The notes under the pieces: generated by a model
Told to the model about the DNA's origin: nothing
Databases searched by the model: none
Seen by the model: only the letters and a program-made list of their open reading frames with translations
Assembly (NCBI GenBank): GCA_030615175.1
Contig: JAUWZX010000001.1
Coordinates: forward strand, 524,044 to 588,043
Length of the DNA: 64,000 nt
Direction of reading: 5' to 3'
Source of the DNA: Candidatus Parvarchaeota archaeon
Lineage (GTDB): Archaea > Nanobdellota > Nanobdellia > WJKC01
Position numbers and translations under genes: made by a program
Shown: piece by piece, positions 45,492-53,941 of the stretch
Numbering within the stretch: the first letter of the stretch is position 1
How the letters are laid out: each line of letters opens with the position of its first letter

Positions 45492-46385
45492 TTAATAAAT
45501 ATTTGGATTCTCAACTGATAATGTTTCTTCAGCCTGAATGTCAGATGAACAATACAAACAAGAATTTAATTCCACATCAACAGATAATTCATTATAGCAA
45601 AGCGGGCATACTGGTTTGTTAATTTTATTAGAATACTTATTATTAATCATGATATATTCTTTAATTGAATTTATTATCTTGGATTCTAATTCATCATCTT
45701 CACTTAATTCAGATAATTTTTTATTAAAAAAAGTAATATCACCTTTAATTATTTCTTCTAAAATATAGCCAATCTTTGCATGAAACGTTTTATTACCATT
45801 TTCAAGATAATTAATTCCCTTAAGAATATTGGCCGGATAATATTCTTTTCTTAAACCAGCAATATCAAAATCACATATACGAAACATAATACAATCATTA
45901 TCATATTCTCTATATCTATAAAATGAGGGTTCAACTTTTTTTAACCAAACCAGTTCCTTATTTAATTCCACACCCCAATTTTTTACCTTATCATTTTTTA
46001 GGAATTCATCTACAAACCTTAAATCACCATATTTTTTTAATTCGTCTGCCATAATTTTATACTTAATTAAGAAAGGTTTATTCAAATCCATATTCTGATG
46101 AAGATTAAAGATTTTCTTAAAATAAATATACTTATCAAACTTTTTATCTAATTTCTCAATAAAATCAGAATCATCCATGTAAGTTAAATTATACATATCA
46201 TCAATATCGCTCAGATTACTGAATAAATTGCTTGCCTTTTTTAAAGCAATTCTTGATTGTTCAATCTTTGCCTGATTAACTTCACGTAATTTATCATATA
46301 ATAATGACTGGATTTTTTTCTCTTTTTTCTTTGACATAAGGGATAAGTCTAAAATTAATCCTTTATAAATTTTATTATACAACAA
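45492..46385 (-). CDS. Hypothetical protein with C-terminal zinc ribbon
   Basis: 297-aa Lys/Asn/Asp-rich ORF. C-terminal CPLCYNEL....CLYCSS. Confidence 0.45.
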   Translation of the reverse strand: MLYNKIYKGLILDLSLMSKKKEKKIQSLLYDKLREVNQAKIEQSRIALKKASNLFSNLSDIDDMYNLTYMDDSDFIEKLDKKFDKYIYFKKIFNLHQNMDLNKPFLIKYKIMADELKKYGDLRFVDEFLKNDKVKNWGVELNKELVWLKKVEPSFYRYREYDNDCIMFRICDFDIAGLRKEYYPANILKGINYLENGNKTFHAKIGYILEEIIKGDITFFNKKLSELSEDDELESKIINSIKEYIMINNKYSNKINKPVCPLCYNELSVDVELNSCLYCSSDIQAEETLSVENPNIY

Positions 46386-46439
46386 AAATTCTTTTCACAC
46401 ACCAAAACATATTTAAATATGTACATACATACATATATT

Positions 46440-46733
46440 ATGATTCGGAATAAAGTTAAGTTCTTCAAGGCATTGGGGGATGGGTCAAGGCTGAAGGTAT
46501 TGCAATGCCTCTTAGGTAGGGATTTCTGCGCATGCGATTTCACATCAAAAACAAAAAGAGATCAGACAACCATTTCAAGACACTTAAAAGTGCTTGTGGA
46601 AGCAGGCATACTAAAATACGAGAGGCGTGGCAGGAATATAATATACAGCATCAAAAATGATGAAGTAAGAAAAATCTTAACAGATTTCGGAATAAAAAGT
46701 TGTTGCAGGGAGGTGAAAAAAAATGAAAAATGA
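46440..46733 (+). CDS. arsR: ArsR/SmtB-family metalloregulator
   Basis: [27 protein letters not shown]....[18 protein letters not shown]. The CAC metalloid-binding triad position corresponds to the ELCVCDL box. The internal ATG at 46440 is preferred over the tracked 46419. Confidence 0.88.
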   Translation: MIRNKVKFFKALGDGSRLKVLQCLLGRDFCACDFTSKTKRDQTTISRHLKVLVEAGILKYERRGRNIIYSIKNDEVRKILTDFGIKSCCREVKKNEK

Positions 46734-47448
46734 CGAAGTAAAAAAAATAGTAAAGAAAGCGTATGCAAGAGTGGCGATAAGCGATTGCGGATGCGGGTGC
46801 AGTCAAAGCAGTTGTTCAATAGAAGACCAGTTAAAAGAGATGGGGTACACGCAAAAAGAACTGAATTCAGTGCCAAGAGGCGCTAACATGGGACTCGGGT
46901 GTGGCAACCCAACAGCCTTGGGGGAGTTTAAAAAGGGGGAAACAGTACTTGACTTAGGCTCAGGCAGGGGTTTTGACGCATTCCTGGCAGCAAGCAAGGT
47001 AGGAGATAAGGGATACGTGATTGGAGTGGACATGACAGAGGAAATGATTAAAAAAGCAGAAGAGAACGCGTTAAAAGGAGGATACAAAAACGTTGAATTC
47101 AGATTAGGGGATATTGAGAGTTTACCAGTGGATAGTGATTCGATAGATGTGATAATAAGCAACTGCGTAATCAATCTTGCACCGGACAAAGAAAAAGTCT
47201 ATAAAGAAGCCTACAGAGTATTAAAACAAGACGGCAGAATGTACATCTCAGACATCGTGCTGCTAAAAGAATTAAGTGAAGAACAAAAAAATGACGAGAA
47301 CTTATTAGCAGGATGTGTGAGCGGAGCATTACTAAAGAATGACTACTTGAAAATCATAAAGAACGCTGGATTCAAAATAAAGGGTTTATCAGACAAATTA
47401 GACACTGGACTGCCAATAGAAAGCCTGAATATAGTAGCATACAAGTAG
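46723..47448 (+). CDS. arsM: Arsenite S-adenosylmethionine methyltransferase
   Basis: VKKAYARVA...[56 protein letters not shown] lies 6 nt upstream of the ATG. The gene overlaps arsR by 11 nt. Confidence 0.85.
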   Translation: MKNDEVKKIVKKAYARVAISDCGCGCSQSSCSIEDQLKEMGYTQKELNSVPRGANMGLGCGNPTALGEFKKGETVLDLGSGRGFDAFLAASKVGDKGYVIGVDMTEEMIKKAEENALKGGYKNVEFRLGDIESLPVDSDSIDVIISNCVINLAPDKEKVYKEAYRVLKQDGRMYISDIVLLKELSEEQKNDENLLAGCVSGALLKNDYLKIIKNAGFKIKGLSDKLDTGLPIESLNIVAYK

Positions 47449-47471
47449 AAAACGACTTTCTTTCATTTTTT

Positions 47472-47503
47472 TTATAATAATACTTATTTATAATAATACT
47501 TAT
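47472..47503. repeat. Perfect tandem duplication of a 16-nt TATA-like unit (TTATAATAATACTTAT x2)
   Basis: Read directly at 47472-47487 and 47488-47503. The repeat ends 26 nt upstream of the radical SAM ATG. Confidence 0.9.
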
Positions 47504-47528
47504 AAACACCACCATTTTTAATGAATTA

Positions 47529-49001
47529 ATGAAAGGTAATGAAGTAATCCTGACAGCAGACAGGACTCAGACAAGCAACTTCCGAAGCTTTATCTATGCA
47601 GGTTTTATTCCATGCTTTGCAAAGAACTGGCTTACTAACATATTCTTTAAAACAATAGTAAAGCAAAGAAAGGATTTAGCCCCAATCGGACTGCGCGTAT
47701 GCGAAACCGTGTTATTACGAGCAGGCATTAATTGCAGTTACGTTCACTCAAATGACTTGAAGAAACAGGTTAATGAAAAAACAAAATTCGTCTGCGTTTC
47801 ATGCGTGGACCCTGTTGGCAAGGGGCCCACAAGCCAGTTATTTAAAATATTCTGGCGCGGCAAAACATTTCTGGAAATTGAATTCGAGCGCTTAATGAAT
47901 ACGATTAAGAACTTAAAACAGAAGTACGGCTTTAAAGTAATTGTTGGAGGGCAGGGCGCATGGCGTTTAATAAACAAGGAAAAGGAATTCAATATTGACC
48001 ACTTATTCCTCGGTGAAGCAGAGAAGACCTTGCCTGATTTAATAATTAATCCTGAAAATTATGGCTTAATAGTTAATGGAGCACGGCCTAAGGCTGATGA
48101 AATCATGCCAATAACTCATGCCAGCGTTCTCGGAGCAGTGGAAATAGCCAGGGGGTGCGGGCGGGGATGCAAGTTCTGCTCAACAACACTGTCAGGAGGC
48201 ATCCGCAACGTGCCAATAGAGAACATAAAAGAAAGCATTAAGAATAACATACAAGAAGGACAAAGGAATATTTCATTACGCGCAGAAGACTTCCTGCTGT
48301 ACAAGCATAAAAAATTTATACCAGATACAGATGCAGTTCTCAACTTATTCAAGGAGTGCTATGATGTTAAGGGCTTAAGTGACTTACAACCCGTCCACGG
48401 TTCTCATAGCGCGGTATACTCTAATCCTGACTTAATATTCAAACTTGACAAGTTATTAAAATCAAGAGGAGCGAAGTTTTTTGGCTTCCAGCCAGGCATT
48501 GAAACAGGCAGTGACAGGCTTTTATGCAAGACTATGAGGGGCAAGAAGTTTCCTAATTTGAAAGAGGACTGGGCTGACATAGTATATGAATCACTCAAGA
48601 TAACCGATAAAGTTGACTGGTTTACTTGTTCAACAATGATGATTGGGTTGCCTGGAGAAACAGAGAATGATATTAGAGCATCAATTAATCTCGTGGATAA
48701 AACAAAGAATTTTAAAAACATGATGGTGCCGCAATTCTTTGTGCCAGTTAAGTTCACATCTTTTGAAAATGAGGAGTCATACATTTTCAAGAATATGACT
48801 TCATTAAAAATCCAGTTATTAAAAGCCTGTTTTAAAAGCATTGTTGGGATGGTTGATAAGGTTGGAAGAGACTACTTTGCAGGCATCAGGATTCCTAATG
48901 TAATAAAGTCATTTGGTGTTAAAAAATTATTTAATGGACTTGAAAGAAGCATTGAAAAGCAGTTAAAATTCATTAAACAATTGAAATATTCAGCTACATA
49001 A
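47529..49001 (+). CDS. Radical SAM protein with N-terminal B12-binding-like/Rossmann region
   Basis: Cluster motif EIARGCGRGCKFCS (CxxxCxxC), followed by SLRAEDF and GFQPGIETGS. Confidence 0.8.
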   Translation: MKGNEVILTADRTQTSNFRSFIYAGFIPCFAKNWLTNIFFKTIVKQRKDLAPIGLRVCETVLLRAGINCSYVHSNDLKKQVNEKTKFVCVSCVDPVGKGPTSQLFKIFWRGKTFLEIEFERLMNTIKNLKQKYGFKVIVGGQGAWRLINKEKEFNIDHLFLGEAEKTLPDLIINPENYGLIVNGARPKADEIMPITHASVLGAVEIARGCGRGCKFCSTTLSGGIRNVPIENIKESIKNNIQEGQRNISLRAEDFLLYKHKKFIPDTDAVLNLFKECYDVKGLSDLQPVHGSHSAVYSNPDLIFKLDKLLKSRGAKFFGFQPGIETGSDRLLCKTMRGKKFPNLKEDWADIVYESLKITDKVDWFTCSTMMIGLPGETENDIRASINLVDKTKNFKNMMVPQFFVPVKFTSFENEESYIFKNMTSLKIQLLKACFKSIVGMVDKVGRDYFAGIRIPNVIKSFGVKKLFNGLERSIEKQLKFIKQLKYSAT

Positions 49002-49039
49002 ACATTTATTAAAAGCAAAAAATGAATTAAATAATTATT

Positions 49040-49213
49040 ATGACTAATGATTATGAAAAGGACTCAGAGAAGAAACCAAAAGAGTTGCTGGAAAAATCAC
49101 GCATAGAGCAAATCATTGAACTTGAAGAGATTAAGAAAAAATCATTCAAAAAGTGCGTTAGTATTTATGATTTCTTTGAAATATATAAGTTATACGAAGA
49201 AGATGATGAGTAA
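49040..49213 (+). CDS. Possible 57-aa acidic micro-protein
   Basis: ATG ORF MTNDYEKDSEKKPKELLEKSRIEQIIELEE...EEDDE fills a 217-bp gap. It is below the ORF-track cutoff and has no other support. Confidence 0.25.
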   Translation: MTNDYEKDSEKKPKELLEKSRIEQIIELEEIKKKSFKKCVSIYDFFEIYKLYEEDDE

Positions 49214-49218
49214 GTAAT

Positions 49219-50439
49219 TCATTTTCTTTCTTTAATCTCATTCTTTAACTGCTTAATGAAGTTTTTTATTTTCACTCCGAATTCTGGTTTACTGCCTTTC
49301 TTCCTGACGGCTAACGTGTTGGTTTTCTCTTCCTTATCTCCGATGACAAGAATGTAAGGTACTTTCATTAACTCCGCTTCCCTGACCTTGGCATTAATGT
49401 GCTGTTCTCTTAAGTCAGTTTCAACTCTTAATCCTTCATCCTTAAACATCCCTGCAACTTCTTCTGATTTTTTATCATTCTTGCTCATGAAACTTATCAC
49501 TTTAACTTGGATAGGCGAAAGCCATAATGGAAGGTTCCCCTGCGTTTTCTCCAGGAGGTAAGCTATTGTTCTTTCAAAGCAACCAATTGATGAGCGGTGA
49601 ATAATCATTGGCCTCTGAAGTTTATTATCTTTATTCACATAAGTTAAATTAAATTTTTCAGGCAGGGCGAAGTCTATTTGAACAGTTATTAAAGTATCCT
49701 CTTTGCCGAAAACATTCTTGTACTGAGTGTCTAATTTAGGCCCGTAAAAAGCTGCTTTACCATCTGCTTCAACATATTTTAACTTTAACTTATCCAGTAT
49801 TCTCTTCATGGCTGCTTGGCTTTCCCTCCACGCTTTAGGATTATCAACGTACTTCTTCTTATCCTTAGGGTTCCATTTTGAGAATTGGTACCAGACGTCT
49901 TCAATCTTAAGTGTTTTCATTATGTAATTATTTAATTCTAAAACATTCTTGAACTCTTCTTCTAACTGGTCTGGTCTGCAGATTACATGCGCATCTGCCA
50001 GAGTGAATTGCCTTAAGCGCGTTAAACCCATTAACTCTCCTTTCTTCTCATTCCTGAATAGAATTGAAGTTTCAGCGTATTTTATTGGTAATTCCCTGTA
50101 ACTTCTCTGCTTGTTCTTGTAAATCATGAATTGGAAAGGACAAGTCATTGGTCTTAAAGCGAATTCTTCACCTCTTATATTGAATATAAACATGTCATCC
50201 CTGTAATGATCTAAGTGCCCTGAAATCTTGTATAAATCAGTTTTTGACAGTACAGGCGTGTCTGTATGCATGTAACCTCTTTTTAATTCTTCATCCTCGA
50301 TGAATCTTTCAAGCTCTCTTTTTATTGTTGCTCCTTTAGGGGTTAGTAAAGGCAGTCCCTTGCCAATAACGTCATTTGTAAAATATAAATCAAGTTCCCG
50401 TCCTAACTTGGAGTTACTTTTTAATATTTTTTTAGTCAA
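49219..50439 (-). CDS. thrS: Threonyl-tRNA synthetase, catalytic core plus anticodon-binding domain only (no editing or TGS domain)
   Basis: Begins about 10 aa before LGRELDLY. Class II motifs are present: YKISGHLDHYRDDMF, RPMTCPFQ, GLTRLRQFTLADAHV, MIIHRSSIGCFER. The C-terminal anticodon-binding fold has PIQVKVI. Apparent TTG start. Confidence 0.9.
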   Translation of the reverse strand: MTKKILKSNSKLGRELDLYFTNDVIGKGLPLLTPKGATIKRELERFIEDEELKRGYMHTDTPVLSKTDLYKISGHLDHYRDDMFIFNIRGEEFALRPMTCPFQFMIYKNKQRSYRELPIKYAETSILFRNEKKGELMGLTRLRQFTLADAHVICRPDQLEEEFKNVLELNNYIMKTLKIEDVWYQFSKWNPKDKKKYVDNPKAWRESQAAMKRILDKLKLKYVEADGKAAFYGPKLDTQYKNVFGKEDTLITVQIDFALPEKFNLTYVNKDNKLQRPMIIHRSSIGCFERTIAYLLEKTQGNLPLWLSPIQVKVISFMSKNDKKSEEVAGMFKDEGLRVETDLREQHINAKVREAELMKVPYILVIGDKEEKTNTLAVRKKGSKPEFGVKIKNFIKQLKNEIKERK

Positions 50440-50577
50440 GGATAACGCCTCTTAGAATCATTACTGCACTGTCCGGCACTCACGCTTAGCGTCCATTAGA
50501 AGAATTATACAGGAGAGTCATTTATAAAATTTTTCATAACGAAAAGTATATAAGGTATTATTTTCAAGAATTATTTT

Positions 50578-51387
50578 ATGCAACCAATTGATGATTATAG
50601 TTATTTTTCTAAGAAGGAAAATCTAGATTCCATGGGGGATGTAGTACATGAATTAGCTTCTGTGTTACTTACTGATAAGGAGTTCATGGATTATATTTCT
50701 TCACAAACAAAGAAAGGAGATATGTCATTTAAAACGTATTCTGCTGAACTGAAAAAGCGCGCTATTCACTATTCGGATTACTGTGATAAAGTGATGAGGA
50801 ACTGTGAAATGACATTAGATATTATTAATCAATCAGGATTTTCAGAGTCAGATTTTTATGATGATAAACAAACTATTGAAAAAGTTTTGAATCATGTAAT
50901 AAATTGTAAAGAGAATATACTTAGTTTAATTAAAAGCATAAAAAAAGAACGCGTCCCTGCAGAGCCATTGCCAGAAGTCCATGAAGCAATAAATGAAGGT
51001 TTATTAACATATGAAGTGAAGATTAATGTTGAAAAATATTTCACCCGTAACAGCGTGCTGGACCTTTACGATATGATTATTAAAAGTGATGATTTGTCTG
51101 ATAATCTAAGAGAGAAGATTGTGAATTCAGGAGAGGGTTTTGAACAGCAGGATAAATACTTATTAGTTTTTACTCCAAAAAACAATGATGAGGGCTTATT
51201 ATACTTCTTATTCCAGGAAAACGGGTATTCAAGATATAATTCTTTAAGCGTTGTTAAAGCAAGTGTTAAGCCTGAACTTAGAAGCGTGGCTGTAACCGAG
51301 GTTAATACTCTTATTAATTTAATAACAGACCATCTTCATAATTCAAATATAAATAAGTATTTGACTGAAATGATAAAAATAATTTAG
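50578..51387 (+). CDS. Hypothetical protein
   Basis: 269-aa ORF. 3' end overlaps the convergent gene by 4 nt. Confidence 0.45.
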   Translation: MQPIDDYSYFSKKENLDSMGDVVHELASVLLTDKEFMDYISSQTKKGDMSFKTYSAELKKRAIHYSDYCDKVMRNCEMTLDIINQSGFSESDFYDDKQTIEKVLNHVINCKENILSLIKSIKKERVPAEPLPEVHEAINEGLLTYEVKINVEKYFTRNSVLDLYDMIIKSDDLSDNLREKIVNSGEGFEQQDKYLLVFTPKNNDEGLLYFLFQENGYSRYNSLSVVKASVKPELRSVAVTEVNTLINLITDHLHNSNINKYLTEMIKII

Positions 51388-51956
51388 TACACCATGCAAT
51401 CTTTTATGCGTCTGGGAGCGTACTCTAATTCAAGTTCAATAGTCCGGTCATTTGAAAAGCTAAAACGGCACAGTCCTTTCCACAGATAATAAATGGCATC
51501 CTTGAATTTGTCTTCACTAACACTTAATTCAAACCCATTAAGGTTATACACTTCAGTAACGCCTTCAATGACTTTAAGGATGCTTGTTCCATTAATCCTG
51601 ATGAACTCATCCTCCTTTAAAGTAATTAAGAAGTAACCTAATCCATCTTTACACCCGCGCGATAAATTACCTCCAAACATTAGTACTGGCACGTCTTCTT
51701 TATCATGAATGTATAAACCGTATGATTCACCGCTTTTTAAAATCAGGCGCGGCCAGTAACCATCTGACTTCACTTCACTCGTCCCGTACTTAGCTTTCAA
51801 ATAATCATCAAGATTACGTTCCAAATTAGAAAAGAGTTTAGTAATTAATGGATGCAGCAATCCTAAATCACCAGTCCTGTAATTGTAAAACTCTTTCACA
51901 ACTTCATGTACCCGCTCCCTTACCGCGTTAGTGATAACAATGAACTCGCCTTTCAT
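51384..51956 (-). CDS. Hypothetical protein (starts MKGE, shared 5' module)
   Basis: 190-aa ORF. Its start and upstream 40 nt are nearly identical to those of 52256-52675. Confidence 0.45.
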   Translation of the reverse strand: MKGEFIVITNAVRERVHEVVKEFYNYRTGDLGLLHPLITKLFSNLERNLDDYLKAKYGTSEVKSDGYWPRLILKSGESYGLYIHDKEDVPVLMFGGNLSRGCKDGLGYFLITLKEDEFIRINGTSILKVIEGVTEVYNLNGFELSVSEDKFKDAIYYLWKGLCRFSFSNDRTIELELEYAPRRIKDCMVY

Positions 51957-51996
51957 TAAACCTTAATTTACAATGATTAATGTAAAAAATGTTTCG
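51945..51996 (-). promoter_or_regulatory. Copy 1 of duplicated 52-nt promoter/5' module
   Basis: CTCGCCTTTCATTAAACCTTAATTTACAATGATTAATGTAAAAAATGTTTCG is 48/52 identical to 52664-52715. It spans the first 4 codons plus 40 nt upstream on the minus strand. Confidence 0.6.
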
Positions 51997-52022
51997 AGAA
52001 GAGAAAATTATTTATAATAGGA

Positions 52023-52265
52023 GTGCGGTTAAAAAAAATCATGACAAATGATAGTGGATTATTACTAGAAATTAATAAGGAAGTTCGTGACTTAGAAGTA
52101 ACCCTGCTACAAGATTATCTCAGCGTGGATGAATTAACAGAGATTAAGATGACTTATTTTAATGAGTATGTAGTGGAAGTGGATAAAGCAATCACGAGCG
52201 ATTACATGAATTACGCGCAAGCCTACATAAATCATTTAACAGGGTTAATTAAGGATTACAAGTAA
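52023..52265 (+). CDS. Hypothetical small protein
   Basis: 80-aa ORF (GTG start; ATG alternative at 52041). 3' end overlaps the convergent gene by 10 nt. Confidence 0.35.
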   Translation: MRLKKIMTNDSGLLLEINKEVRDLEVTLLQDYLSVDELTEIKMTYFNEYVVEVDKAITSDYMNYAQAYINHLTGLIKDYK

Positions 52266-52675
52266 AAACTATCAGGACCTTTATTAGGTACTAGTTCTTT
52301 ATTAGCTTTCTTTAATTCAATATGATAAAGCGGATTACCCTTATACGTTGCCTTCCATATATGATATTTATCAGGGTTTTGTTGAAGGTCATATGAATTC
52401 TTTAATATGAAAGACAGGGCCATGATTTTTCCATTAATGAATGTTAATTTTTTAACAACTGAATCAATGGCTTCCTTGTCACTGAAGTCTAATAAACCCT
52501 TTGGTTTGGTTTTATTTAATTTAAAGAATGCTCCAGCTAATGAATTAATTATTATTAATTGTTCCTGAAGCACTGTATCAGTTATCCACTTCATTGCCTC
52601 ATCTACTGAGATTTCCTGACCTTCAGTCTTAATTTTTTCAAGCATTTCATTTAAATTCTCAGGCTCGCCTTCCAT
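52256..52675 (-). CDS. Hypothetical protein (starts MEGE, shared 5' module)
   Basis: 139-aa ORF. Confidence 0.45.
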   Translation of the reverse strand: MEGEPENLNEMLEKIKTEGQEISVDEAMKWITDTVLQEQLIIINSLAGAFFKLNKTKPKGLLDFSDKEAIDSVVKKLTFINGKIMALSFILKNSYDLQQNPDKYHIWKATYKGNPLYHIELKKANKELVPNKGPDSFYL

Positions 52676-52715
52676 TAAGCCTTAATTTACAATGATTAAT
52701 ATAAAAAATGTTGCG
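52664..52715 (-). promoter_or_regulatory. Copy 2 of duplicated 52-nt promoter/5' module
   Basis: CTCGCCTTCCATTAAGCCTTAATTTACAATGATTAATATAAAAAATGTTGCG. Confidence 0.6.
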
Positions 52716-52732
52716 GAACTGGTTAAAAATGA

Positions 52733-53107
52733 TTAATATCCGAATAATTTCAGAATCTCTTCCTTTTCTTCTTTCATGAAATTATGATAACTTGCTTTTA
52801 ACTCACCCCAAGAAGTTGGTTTAACATTATCTCCTTCAAATTTAATGCAGAAGTCTCTTGCAAGATTCCAAATCACTTTTTCCAAATCAGCAGACTTTAG
52901 CTTTCCTTCATCATCTTCAATAATTTCAAAATACTTGATGTTAAACCTGTTTTGATAATCATTAATGCCTGGCAGCAAACGATTTTTTGGCACTCCTCCT
53001 CCAGTTTCCTTGTACATCATTGAAATAATCTTGTTTAAGAATCTTTCAGGATTAGGAAAAGTGATTATGTCTTCACAAATAATGATGCACTTCTTTTCAT
53101 CATTCAT
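52733..53107 (-). CDS. Hypothetical protein, YQNRFN-motif family (paralog of 18144-18617)
   Basis: See 18144-18617. Roughly 40% identity (estimated by eye) over a ~43-aa core. Confidence 0.5.
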   Translation of the reverse strand: MNDEKKCIIICEDIITFPNPERFLNKIISMMYKETGGGVPKNRLLPGINDYQNRFNIKYFEIIEDDEGKLKSADLEKVIWNLARDFCIKFEGDNVKPTSWGELKASYHNFMKEEKEEILKLFGY

Positions 53108-53204
53108 TAATTAAAAAGTAATGATTCTATTATTTAAAATAATTTCTCTTCTCAGTCATGGACAATATAAATCTTTTTAATTAAATTAATTATTAACAAC
53201 CGTC

Positions 53205-53813
53205 ATGTTTGATGAACGGATAGCCAAGACAATTAATGTGTATGATGAAATTTACGAAGACTACGCAGAAGTGAATAAATCAATAAGTGTTGTTAAAGAA
53301 TTTCTTGATTACTTCATTGAAAACGTGAACGGCAAAGTGCTTGATGCTGGATGCGGTCATGGAAGAGACGCTAAGTACTTATCAGAACACGGGCTTGAAG
53401 TAACCGGGATTGACTTAAGCGAGAAGTTATTAGAGATAGCGAGAAATAATGCACCGAAAGCATTGTTCTATAATGAGGACATGATGAATTCAAGTTTCAG
53501 GAATAATAGTTATGACGGTTTATGGGCTTGCGGTTCATTTCTTCACATACCAGAAGAGCATTCTAAACAGACCTTAAATGAATTCTGCAGGGTCTTGAAA
53601 AAGAATGGTTTAATGTTTATCTGCGTTAAACAAGGAAGTGGAGAGGGTTTCTATAAATCCCCATATAAATCCTTACAGCATGATGATAAAGAAATATTCT
53701 TCAAGAATTACTCGGCAAGCGAGTTTAAAGAATTAATTGAAGATGCTGGTTTCAGAATAATAAATGGAAAAGTTGAGCGCGGATGGATTAATTATTTTGC
53801 ACTAAAAGAATAG
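53205..53813 (+). CDS. Class I SAM-dependent methyltransferase
   Basis: Motif I VLDAGCGHGRDAKYL, motif II-like YDGLWACGSFLHI, post-motif LKKNGLMFI. Confidence 0.8.
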   Translation: MFDERIAKTINVYDEIYEDYAEVNKSISVVKEFLDYFIENVNGKVLDAGCGHGRDAKYLSEHGLEVTGIDLSEKLLEIARNNAPKALFYNEDMMNSSFRNNSYDGLWACGSFLHIPEEHSKQTLNEFCRVLKKNGLMFICVKQGSGEGFYKSPYKSLQHDDKEIFFKNYSASEFKELIEDAGFRIINGKVERGWINYFALKE

Positions 53814-53854
53814 ATGAAGAAAGTTTATAATCCAATTAATCCTTAAATATATTC

Positions 53855-53935
53855 ATGGGATGCGGGTGTTGTATACCAAAACCAAAGAAAAAGCCAGTTA
53901 AGAAGAAAAAAGTAAAGAAGAAAAAGAAGAAATAA
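53855..53935 (+). CDS. Possible 26-aa micro-ORF MGCGCCIPKPKKKPVKKKKVKKKKKK
   Basis: ATG ORF in the 128-bp gap. TATA-like AAGTTTATAA and TTAAATATA lie upstream. No further support. Confidence 0.2.
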   Translation: MGCGCCIPKPKKKPVKKKKVKKKKKK

Positions 53936-53941
53936 TCTTTT

